Below, piece by piece: positions 52,309 to 62,521 of a stretch of DNA of 64,000 bases. Every line of letters starts with the position of its first letter. Position 1 is the first letter of the stretch. Under the pieces are notes generated by a model. The model saw only the letters and a list, made by a program, of their open reading frames with translations. It was not told the DNA's origin and searched no databases. A program made the position numbers and the translations under genes. Source of the stretch: Eledone cirrhosa (lineage: Eukaryota); assembly GCA_964016885.1 (NCBI GenBank), contig OZ024750.1:54684001-54748000 (forward strand), read 5' to 3'.

Positions 52309-52310
<2 letters not shown>
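51354..52310. mobile_element. Foldback/MITE-like element with 213 bp terminal inverted repeats
   Basis: 51354-51566 is the reverse complement of 52098-52310; ends are ACTAG..CTAGT; interior is non-coding. Confidence 0.75.
51972..52059. mobile_element. 88 bp hAT-type MITE
   Basis: TIRs CAGGGCTGCGGAG / CTCCGCAGCTCTG; 8 bp TSD gtattata/ttattata. Confidence 0.7.
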
Positions 52311-52371
<61 letters not shown>

Positions 52372-52376
<5 letters not shown>

Positions 52377-53059
52377 AAAATAACAGATTAAAGTTTAAGC
52401 AAAGAATCGCTGCTTTCACCCTTAACGGGATCTTCTGAAACTAACAAAAGCAATCTGTAAACGCAGAACTGGATATTTCAAAAAACGTTGCAACCGGAGG
52501 AAGACAGGAAGACGATACTTTGGTTCGTGGAAACGTTCGCTGGCAAAGAACGGGAAAAAACGAATAATACGTCATTAATAGGAGCGGTGGTTTTGTCTTT
52601 GCGTGCTATTGTTCTCCACGCTCCACATATGACTTATTATCTTCGTTTTTTCGTTCATTGCCAGAGAACGTCTCTATGCACCACCTAAGAGAACATTAGT
52701 CTACGACCTCTTATATACCATAAACGTGGTTCTGTCTTTGCACGTAATTGTTTTTCACCGCTCCTATTAATGACGTATTATTCGTTTTTTCCCGTTCTTT
52801 GCCAGCGAACGTTGCCACGAACCAAAGTATCGTCTTCCTGCCTTCCTCCGGTTGCAACGTTTTTTGAAATATCCAGTTCTGCGTTTACAGATTGCTTTTG
52901 TTAGTTTCAGAAGATCCCGTTAAGGGTGAAAGCAGCGATTCTTTGCTTAAACTTTAATCTGTTATTTTAATAAATATTTGCTCTACGGTTTTTATATATT
53001 TGATATATATTTTCCTTATCGAGCCCTCTTTGGATTTTAGTCTTCAATTTTATTATTAT

Positions 53060-53062
<3 letters not shown>
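52372..53062. mobile_element. Inverted pLTR-like element with two family F hammerheads (52392-52442 minus, 52903-52953 plus)
   Basis: Arms 52372-52589 and 52756-52973, with a tail on the plus copy only. agttt-CAGAAGA-t-ccc-gttaa-ggg-t-GAAA-gca..tgc-TT|aaact. (AT)n flanks. Confidence 0.8.
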
Positions 53063-53129
<67 letters not shown>

Positions 53130-53329
53130 TATACAAACATAAATTATCGAGATTCGCATTTCGGCCCACGAAATAACGAAAAACAGCCTCCGAGATGTGC
53201 GGCAAGTGCTCAATGATTCAGATGAACCAGAGCTATAACAAACGTTAAAGGCCAAACACACTGAGACGATGGTTAAACAATCATTCGCATAGCCAAAAAA
53301 ACGATCAAGTAATTCGGGTATTGAAAATT

Positions 53330-53499
53330 TAGTATTGGTAGAGGGTTGGACGTCATGCTTTCTAGCATAGTTACGTCCCTTTACAGTCTGAGTTCAAATC
53401 CCGCCGAGGTTGACTTTGCCTTTCATCCTTACGGGGTCGATAAAATAAAGTACCAGTAATGTACTGGGTAATTGCTGGCCTTGTGCCTAAAGTAGAAAC

Positions 53500-53503
<4 letters not shown>
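53330..53503 (+). mobile_element. Octopus-type SINE
   Basis: gagttcaaatcccgccgaggttgactttgcctttcatcc..ggggtcgataaaataaagtaccag. Confidence 0.8.
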
Positions 53504-53550
<47 letters not shown>

Positions 53551-53553
<3 letters not shown>

Positions 53554-54030
53554 CGATATTAAATAAATGGAAACTATATTTATAAAACCATATTTATTTC
53601 ATTATATATATTTCAGGGATATCATATTAAAAATATGGTATGCCTTCATCAGACAAAATACAATATAAACAGTCTTATAAATAGATAGATTTGACATACC
53701 TTACAACTTCAACTTCCATTTAAAAAGTTGATTTGGTAGTCTTTTAAATGGATTTGGTAGTCTTTTAAACTTTTTAAATGGAAGTTGAAGTTGTAAGGTA
53801 TGTCAAATCTATCTATTTATAAGACTGTTTATATTGTATTTTGTCTGATGAAGGCATACCATATTTTTAATATGATATCCCTGAAATATATATAATGAAA
53901 TAAATATGGTTTTATAAATATAGTTTCCATTTATTTAATATCGTAAATATACTCCAAATACTTGTTGAGTGCTTTTATATCAGTTATAAATATTTACTCG
54001 TTGTAACCCAACAATTTAAATAAAACTTTG
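53551..54030. mobile_element. Inverted pLTR-like element with two family A hammerheads (53595-53660 minus, 53837-53902 plus)
   Basis: Arms 53551-53729 and 53768-53946. The tail matches 1820-1905. Canonical CTGATGA/GAAA core. Confidence 0.88.
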
Positions 54031-54049
54031 CATATATATATATATTATA

Positions 54050-54265
54050 TATTTCGTTTCTGAATTTGTTTAGCAAGATTCTTTATCTGAAAACGTGTGT
54101 TGAAACCGATATTGTTATACTTTGGGAGGGTCATGTTGCCAATAAGAAACACACACACCATTATATATATTATATATATATATATATATATTACTATATA
54201 TTACTCTATATATATACATATATGTTTCTTATTGGCAACATGACCCTCCCAAAGTATAACAATAT
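54050..54265. mobile_element. Minimal inverted remnant of PLE-1 3' termini
   Basis: Reverse complement of 6250-6352, followed by a plus-strand copy ending TATAACAATAT. Confidence 0.8.
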
Positions 54266-54284
54266 ATATATATATATATATATA

Positions 54285-55418
54285 TAAGTATGTACACGTA
54301 CATACATATATGCATACAGACGTACAGTAGTATGTATATATATACATACATGCACATATATATATATATGTACGTATGGATTCACCGAGCATTTATTATA
54401 ATGCTCGGTGTGTTTGTAAACAAACATCCCGTATTAAGCCGTACGGTGTCTAGCAACCATCGTTGCTCGTTTGTTCAACACTGACAAAGGAACGCTGTAC
54501 TAGTTTCAAGCTATTAGCTATCGTCAGCAACGTATACCTTCTTGCCAGATGATTGAACGTCTGAAAGTATATACTTTCCTTATGCATATTAACGGCTGAG
54601 CAGCCTGATTTGCATATCGAGTGGGTTAATCGGCCGGGTGCACCGAAAACGATAAACGGAACAAAATGAAACGAAATTTCATTTCCCACTCTTAGTACGG
54701 CTGTTACTTAAATATAAGTATATACACGTACATACATATATGTATACAGAGGTACAGTAGTATGTATATATATATACATACATGCACACATATATATATG
54801 TACGTATGGATTCACCGAATATTTATTATAATGCTCGGTGCGTTTGTAAACAAACATCCCGTAATAAACCGTATATATATATACATACTACTGTACGTCT
54901 GTATACATATATGTATGTAAGTGTACATACTTATATTTAAGTAACAGCCGTACTAAGAGTGGGAAATGAAATTTCGTTACGTTTTTTCTGTTTATCATTT
55001 TCGGTGCACCCGGCCGATTAACCCACTCGATATGCAAATTGGGCTACTCAGCCGTTAATATGCATAAGGAAAGTATATACTTTCAGACGTTCAATCATCT
55101 GGCAGGAAGGTATACGTTGCTGACGATAGCTAATAAGCTTGAAACTAGTACAGCGTTCCTTTGTCAGTGTTGAATAAACGAGCAACGATGGTTGCTAGAC
55201 ACTACGGCTTAATACGGGATGTTTGTTTACAAACACACCGAGCATTATAATAAATGTTCGGTGAATCCATACGTACATATATATATATATGTGTGCATGT
55301 ATGTATATATATATATACATACTACTGTACGTCTGTATACATATATGTATGTACGTATACATACTTATATTTAAGTAACAGCCGTACTAAGAGTGGGAAA
55401 TGAAATTTCGTTTCATGT
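54285..55418. repeat. Retrozyme-like family D relative in head-to-head orientation; hammerheads at 54492-54533 (-) and 55114-55156 (+)
   Basis: Homologous to the 9850-12098 unit. acgttg-CTGACGA-t-agct..agct-t-GAAA-ctag-TA|cagcgt. Confidence 0.88.
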
Positions 55419-55675
55419 TTCCGCTTATATATATATCATAAATATATATATATATATATATTGTTATATTTGGGGAGGGTCATATTTGCGTAATATTGCC
55501 AGAATTAATAACAGAACACACTCACTGTTTGGTTGGTTTTCGCTTCTCGCTGTCTTTTATATATATATATCTGCGATCTAACTTACTCGGTCCTCAATGT
55601 TGCCATTGACTGACCGGCGGTCAAAAATAATACAGATACAATATAGACAAACACATATATATATAGTTTACATAA

Positions 55676-55722
55676 TTTACATAAATCTTTCGTTGCACAT
55701 CTGCAACATCGTCAGTGGTGTT
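55676..55722 (-). ncRNA. Minimal hammerhead motif in pLTR (family C)
   Basis: Mirror of 61330-61376. Confidence 0.62.
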
Positions 55723-55987
55723 ATATTCATTGTTCCTCCTGTTGTGTTGTATGTCTACGCCATTTTTTTTGTTCAGTCTGTCTATATATTTATTTATTTA
55801 TTAGCTTGTTTGTTTATCTTATTTTATTTTGTCTTCTTTGCGCATGCGTTTGCGTGTGTGTATAGTGTTATGTGTGATGTGTGACTATTGTGTATAGTGT
55901 TGTGTCTGCTGGGTGACTAGTGTGTGTTTATGTGCTTGTGTATGTATTTATTTATCTTATTTTATTTAATTTAATTTACTTATTTAT

Positions 55988-58791
55988 TTATACTTCTCTT
56001 AGGTCAGTGTTGTTTGTTTGGGTGTTGTTGTTGTTCCACTCATTCTTTCTGTTTAGCTTTGGTCTTCTAATTTCTATTTCACTGGCCTCTCTGATTTGCC
56101 TATCTGCTGGGTCATTCCTATGTTTAGATATTATTCTAATTTCTATGTTGTCTATGTTACCGTCATGTTGTTGTCTAGCATGTTCGTATAGTACTGACCC
56201 GTTTTTTCGTCCTTTTAGTTCCCCCCAGTGTTGGTCTATCCTTTCACCTATGCTACGAGCTGTCTCACCTATGTATGTTGTTGTCGTGTTTCTGCAAGTA
56301 CCCTCTGTACATCTTATGCTATAGACTACGTTTCTAGTTTTACAGTTTATCCGGGGGTTCACCTTACATATGATACATTTCCTATTGGTACAGTGGGTTT
56401 TCTTAAAAGGGTAGGTTTTGCTGATCAGGGATTTTATGGTGGTTCCTGGCTTTTCTACCACCTTTATTTTTAAGTGGGTCTTTCTCAGGGCCTTTCTACA
56501 CTGGTTAGCTAATTTCCCTCCAGGGGTGGCGTCCACAAACATGACACTCTGATATCTCTGGTTGTCGTACCATGATGTGGCCTTCCCTATCTTATGTCTA
56601 GCCCTATCTAAGCTATTCCATGATTTGCTCCTGTATAGTGGGCAAATTCCTTTCATGTCCAGTTCTATGAGGGTCTTATACTTTTCCATGGCTCCTTCGT
56701 ATACTCTGACTCTGTCTCTTTGGTTGTAGCCAGAGAACTGCATGCGGTTGATGAAGTGTTGGATGTGTCCTTCCATTTCTGTTGGGTCGCACATGCTGGA
56801 CACATTCTTCATCACTCGTACCAAATCTGCGATCAGAATATTAAACTTAGCACTACTGGACATTGCTGAGTTTTTGAGTATCAGGTATTTGGAGGCCATG
56901 GGTTTAGCATAGTGTGAGTGGAGAATTTGGGCTCTCTCGTCTATAGTGTTAATCCAGAGTTCTGTGTCTAATACAGGTAGTCTATTGTTAGGGTGTTTGG
57001 AAGGGAAGTCTATAGTTACAGTTATACTCTGGTGTATGGAATTAGCTATCTGCTGGATGCTTTCCATCGTGCTACGTTCTAAATCAAACTTGTTAGTGCT
57101 CTCTAGTGGGGGTGTTCTTATAACTATATTGATATCGTCTACATAACGAGAGTACATGATGAGGTCTATGGAGCTTTCATTAAGGAGATCTTTAAGTCTC
57201 CTTTCCCACCATACCATGAAAAGGTTGGCAACATCACCAGCTATGCTGACGCCGATGGCTGCTCCCTCATTTTGGGTGTAGATTTTCTCATTGAACTTAA
57301 ATATGTGGCCCTTTAGGGTAGTTTTGATACTAGCCCCTATTGCATGTGCGACCATTTTTCTTACCTGATCAGTGTTTTGGGGGGTCCGTATAGCTTTGGT
57401 CCACCCAATCCACCTTCATATGGGAGTCTTTTTAGCCATTGAGGTTATGGTGGGGGGTCTACCTCTTATAGGTCTACTAGGGCAGAAACATCTAAGGTCA
57501 TGGCTGTCTAGGTAGTCAGTGTCGTAGGTAAGTCTAAGTAGGAGGCCCAGTTCGTCTGTGTCGACGTCGCAGAACTCCACCTCACTCTCAATGATCATCT
57601 CCACACATCTTTTCACAGCAAAATCAATGTTAATGGATGGGTACAGTGACACCACATCCATGCTGCCTATTATGCAGTTGGATAGGCTCCTGTTTTTGTT
57701 GCACTCACTGATTCTGCTGAGGAGGTCCTCTGTACTTTCACATACATCTGGGGACATCTTGATTATGGGGCGTATAACCATTGAGAGGAAGTAGGAGATC
57801 CTGTAGTTGCTAGCTATATTAGCTCCGCATACGGGTCTTGTTGGTGGTCCTGTTGTCGGGTCGTCGACTGTCTTGTGGTCTTTGCGGAGCCCATACAAGG
57901 GTGGTATGCCATTGTTAGACGCCTGGAAGTTGTTGGCAGTGCGTCTGCTTGGCTTTAGGATGTCAGTCCACATCATCATGTGAGCGTTGAGGATTTTTTT
58001 TCTCTCCCATCGTGTGTTAGTTGTGCAACTTCGCTCGTGTTGGTGATGTGGGGTTGCATTGCCTCGATGTAGTTCGGCATGCTATCTATTGACATCCTAC
58101 CAGACTTATCTGTGGGTAGACACACTACCTCACCATCCCTTGTGCGCTGCTTGAGGCTAACCAAGCCTTCTACAGGTTTTATCCCAAGTTGTTGGGCCTC
58201 TGGTCTGCTCTGTCTCATAGTGTACCTGTCTACTACTTGTCTAATCCTATTTCTAGCTATGGTGAACTGTGCCTCCGTCTCGTCATCTATTTGCTGTGGT
58301 ATGCAAACTCTTTTATTAAAGGGTAACCTCGTAGGATAGATATTACCCATCTTATATGTTTTGTCAGCTGGGTTGAAAAATAGTTTCTCTAAGGGGTTGT
58401 CGTTATTTCTATCGTCATAGTTGTGTGTGTTGCTATTATTGTTATCATGGTGGTTGTTGTTGTTTCTATCATTAGCATTAATATTATTATTGTTATGATT
58501 GCTAGATGTATTGTTGTTTACTTCACCGTTATTGTTGTTGTTGTTACTGCTATTTCTACCATTATGGTTGTTACTATTATTATGTTTCTTGTTTTTGTTG
58601 ATGTTGCTACATGTACTATTTCCATTATTACCACTGTGGTTATTGTTGTTGTTGTTGTTCGTATTGTTACCGTTATTACTACTGTGGTCACTGTTGCTGT
58701 GTCTGTGGTTAACGTTTCTATTATTATTATTATTGTGGTTGTTGTTGTTCTGTCTATCGCTAGTATTATTACCATTATCACTATTTCTCAC
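55988..58791 (-). pseudogene. PLE RT/GIY-YIG ORF with Asn-rich N-terminus; frameshift ~58000 and nonsense codon ~57416
   Basis: Same protein as 59073-61064; GGA>TGA in this arm. Confidence 0.9.
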
Positions 58792-59072
58792 TTTCCTGCC
58801 ATTGTTATGGTTATGGCTGTTATTTCTATACCCAGAGTTATTGTTTATATTACTACTACCGTTATATTACTACTACCTGTAGAAGGCTTGGTTAGCCTCA
58901 AGCAGCGCACAAGGGATGGTGAGGTAATGTGTCTACCCACAGATAAGTCTGGTAGGATGTCAATAGATAGCATGCCGAACTACATCGAGGCAATGCAACC
59001 CCACATCACCAACACGAGCGAAGTTGCACAACTAACACACGATGGGAGAGAAAAAAAATCCTCAACGCTCAC

Positions 59073-61064
59073 ATGATGATGTGGACTGACATCCTAAAGC
59101 CAAGCAGACGCACTGCCAACAACTTCCAGGCGTCTAACAATGGCATACCACCCTTGTATGGGCTCCGCAAAGACCACAAGACAGTCGACGACCCGACAAC
59201 AGGACCACCAACAAGACCCGTATGCGGAGCTAATATAGCTAGCAACTACAGGATCTCCTACTTCCTCTCAATGGTTATACGCCCCATAATCAAGATGTCC
59301 CCAGATGTATGTGAAAGTACAGAGGACCTCCTCAGCAGAATCAGTGAGTGCAACAAAAACAGGAGCCTATCCAACTGCATAATAGGCAGCATGGATGTGG
59401 TGTCACTGTACCCATCCATTAACATTGATTTTGCTGTGAAAAGATGTGTGGAGATGATCATTGAGAGTGAGGTGGAGTTCTGCGACGTCGACACAGACGA
59501 ACTGGGCCTCCTACTTAGACTTACCTACGACACTGACTACCTAGACAGCCATGACCTTAGATGTTTCTGCCCTAGTAGACCTATAAGAGGTAGACCCCCC
59601 ACCATAACCTCAATGGCTAAAAAGACTCCCATAGGAAGGTGGATTGGGTGGACCAAAGCTATACGGACCCCCCAAAACACTGATCAGGTAAGAAAAATGG
59701 TCGCACATGCAATAGGGGCTAGTATCAAAACTACCCTAAAGGGCCACATATTTAAGTTCAATGAGAAAATCTACACCCAAAATGAGGGAGCAGCCATCGG
59801 CGTCAGCATAGCTGGTGATGTTGCCAACCTTTTCATGGTATGGTGGGAAAGGAGACTTAAAGATCTCCTTAATGAAAGCTCCATAGACCTCATCATGTAC
59901 TCTCGTTATGTAGACGATATCAATATAGTTATAAGAACACCCCCACTAGAGAGCACTAACAAGTTTGATTTAGAACGTAGCACGATGGAAAGCATCCAGC
60001 AGATAGCTAATTCCATACACCAGAGTATAACTGTAACTATAGACTTCCCTTCCAAACACCCTAACAATAGACTACCTGTATTAGACACAGAACTCTGGAT
60101 TAACACTATAGACGAGAGAGCCCAAATTCTCCACTCACACTATGCTAAACCCATGGCCTCCAAATACCTGATACTCAAAAACTCAGCAATGTCCAGTAGT
60201 GCTAAGTTTAATATTCTGATCGCAGATTTGGTACGAGTGATGAAGAATGTGTCCAGCATGTGCGACCCAACAGAAATGGAAGGACACATCCAACACTTCA
60301 TCAACCGCATGCAGTTCTCTGGCTACAACCAAAGAGACAGAGTCAGAGTATACGAAGGAGCCATGGAAAAGTATAAGACCCTCATAGAACTGGACATGAA
60401 AGGAATTTGCCCACTATACAGGAGCAAATCATGGAATAGCTTAGATAGGGCTAGACATAAGATAGGGAAGGCCACATCATGGTACGACAACCAGAGATAT
60501 CAGAGTGTCATGTTTGTGGACGCCACCCCTGGAGGGAAATTAGCTAACCAGTGTAGAAAGGCCCTGAGAAAGACCCACTTAAAAATAAAGGTGGTAGAAA
60601 AGCCAGGAACCACCATAAAATCCCTGATCAGCAAAACCTACCCTTTTAAGAAAACCCACTGTACCAATAGGAAATGTATCATATGTAAGGTGAACCCCCG
60701 GATAAACTGTAAAACTAGAAACGTAGTCTATAGCATAAGATGTACAGAGGGTACTTGCAGAAACACGACAACAACATACATAGGTGAGACAGCTCGTAGC
60801 ATAGGTGAAAGGATAGACCAACACTGGGGGGAACTAAAAGGACGAAAAAACGGGTCAGTACTATACGAACATGCTAGACAACAACATGACGGTAACATAG
60901 ACAACATAGAAATTAGAATAATATCTAAACATAGGAATGACCCAGCAGATAGGCAAATCAGAGAGGCCAGTGAAATAGAAATTAGAAGACCAAAGCTAAA
61001 CAGAAAGAATGAGTGGAACAACAACAACACCCAAACAAACAACACTGACCTAAGAGAAGTATAA
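59073..61064 (+). CDS. PLE reverse transcriptase-GIY-YIG endonuclease (663 aa open; N-terminus truncated/frameshifted)
   Basis: SMDVVSLYPSI, GAAIG, YSRYVDD, LPVLD, CTNRKCIIC..NVVYSIRC..YIGET..R..QH..E. Confidence 0.88.
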   Translation: MMMWTDILKPSRRTANNFQASNNGIPPLYGLRKDHKTVDDPTTGPPTRPVCGANIASNYRISYFLSMVIRPIIKMSPDVCESTEDLLSRISECNKNRSLSNCIIGSMDVVSLYPSINIDFAVKRCVEMIIESEVEFCDVDTDELGLLLRLTYDTDYLDSHDLRCFCPSRPIRGRPPTITSMAKKTPIGRWIGWTKAIRTPQNTDQVRKMVAHAIGASIKTTLKGHIFKFNEKIYTQNEGAAIGVSIAGDVANLFMVWWERRLKDLLNESSIDLIMYSRYVDDINIVIRTPPLESTNKFDLERSTMESIQQIANSIHQSITVTIDFPSKHPNNRLPVLDTELWINTIDERAQILHSHYAKPMASKYLILKNSAMSSSAKFNILIADLVRVMKNVSSMCDPTEMEGHIQHFINRMQFSGYNQRDRVRVYEGAMEKYKTLIELDMKGICPLYRSKSWNSLDRARHKIGKATSWYDNQRYQSVMFVDATPGGKLANQCRKALRKTHLKIKVVEKPGTTIKSLISKTYPFKKTHCTNRKCIICKVNPRINCKTRNVVYSIRCTEGTCRNTTTTYIGETARSIGERIDQHWGELKGRKNGSVLYEHARQQHDGNIDNIEIRIISKHRNDPADRQIREASEIEIRRPKLNRKNEWNNNNTQTNNTDLREV

Positions 61065-61329
61065 ATAAATAAGTAAATTAAATTAAATAAAATAAGATAA
61101 ATAAATACATACACAAGCACATAAACACACACTAGTCACCCAGCAGACACAACACTATACACAATAGTCACACATCACACATAACACTATACACACACGC
61201 AAACGCATGCGCAAAGAAGACAAAATAAAATAAGATAAACAAACAAGCTAATAAATAAATAAATATATAGACAGACTGAACAAAAAAAATGGCGTAGACA
61301 TACAACACAACAGGAGGAACAATGAATAT

Positions 61330-61376
61330 AACACCACTGACGATGTTGCAGATGTGCAACGAAAGATTTATGTAAA
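61330..61376 (+). ncRNA. Minimal hammerhead motif in pLTR (family C)
   Basis: ca-CTGACGA-t-gttgca-gatg-tgcaac-GAAA-gatt-TA|tg; stem I is weak. Confidence 0.62.
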
Positions 61377-61649
61377 TTATGTAAACTATATATATATGTG
61401 TTTGTCTATATTGTATCTGTATTATTTTTGACCGCCGGTCAGTCAATGGCAACATTGAGGACCGAGTAAGTTAGATCGCAGATATATATATATAAAAGAC
61501 AGCGAGAAGCGAAAACCAACCAAACAGTGAGTGTGTTCTGTTATTAATTCTGGCAATATTACGCAAATATGACCCTCCCCAAATATAACAATATCTGTTT
61601 CGACACACGATTTCATATAAAAAACCTCGCAAAACTAATTCATCGCCGC

Positions 61650-61679
<30 letters not shown>

Positions 61680-61681
<2 letters not shown>

Positions 61682-62091
61682 CAACAGCAACAACACCATT
61701 GTCTGTGTTGAATGTGTGAGTATGTATGTATTTATATATATGCGACTACAATAACAGCAAGAGCACCATTGTCTGCAGCAGCAGCAGCAGCAGCAGCAGC
61801 AGTGAAATGAAGAACAACAACTACAGCAACAACAATAACGACAGCAACAACAACTGCCACCATGATCACTGACCATCCACCACCATCACCATACGGACAC
61901 CATCCACCACCTCCACCACTACCACCACCACCTCCACCACTACCACTACCACCACCATCACTGACATCATCCACCGCCATCACCATGACTGACACCATCC
62001 ACCACCACCACCACCACCACCACCATCACTGACATCATCCACCACCATCACCACCACCACCACCATCACCAGCGTAAAGCAAACAATTATA

Positions 62092-62130
<39 letters not shown>
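61680..62130. repeat. Compound trinucleotide microsatellites (CAG, CAA, CAC, TTA)
   Basis: Seen directly in the sequence. Confidence 0.9.
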
Positions 62131-62132
<2 letters not shown>

Positions 62133-62521
62133 AAAACTGAACTGGACTGGGAAAAGTCAACAGTTGAAATGATTTTGATTTTGTATCAGTACTGCCGGTA
62201 ATATATATATATATATATGTGTGTATGTGAGTGGTGTGTGTGTTTGTATGCATGAGTGTTGGTGTGTGAATGGCGTGTGTGTGTGTGTCGTGTCAATAAG
62301 TGTTTTTTGTTGTTGTTTTTTTAATGACCATGCTGTAAAATGGAGTGGTAGAGAGGGCCCTTGAGTCTAGTAAGACATCCTCTCTAGTGCTGGTGGCACA
62401 AATAAAAGCACCCAGTCCATGCTGTAAAGTGGCGCTGATGTTAGGACGTGCATCCAACCAGTGTATCAATGCCAAAACGCTTAGCAGCACAGCAACAAAT
62501 AGATAGGAACATCAACAAAAT

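Larger units (their letters stand above)
55458..61650. mobile_element. Naiad-like PLE as a giant inverted duplication (2720 bp arms, 697 bp spacer)
   Basis: 55458-58177 mirrors 58875-61594. A 3' tail is present only on the plus copy. (AT)n flanks. Confidence 0.95.

Noticed and set aside
57416-57418. In-frame TGA as selenocysteine (some Naiad PLEs encode Sec)
   Set aside because: It replaces a Gly codon that is intact in the mirror arm, not a Cys; a simple nonsense mutation.
61649-62253. Poly-Cys/Gly/Asn ORFs
   Set aside because: Trinucleotide microsatellites.
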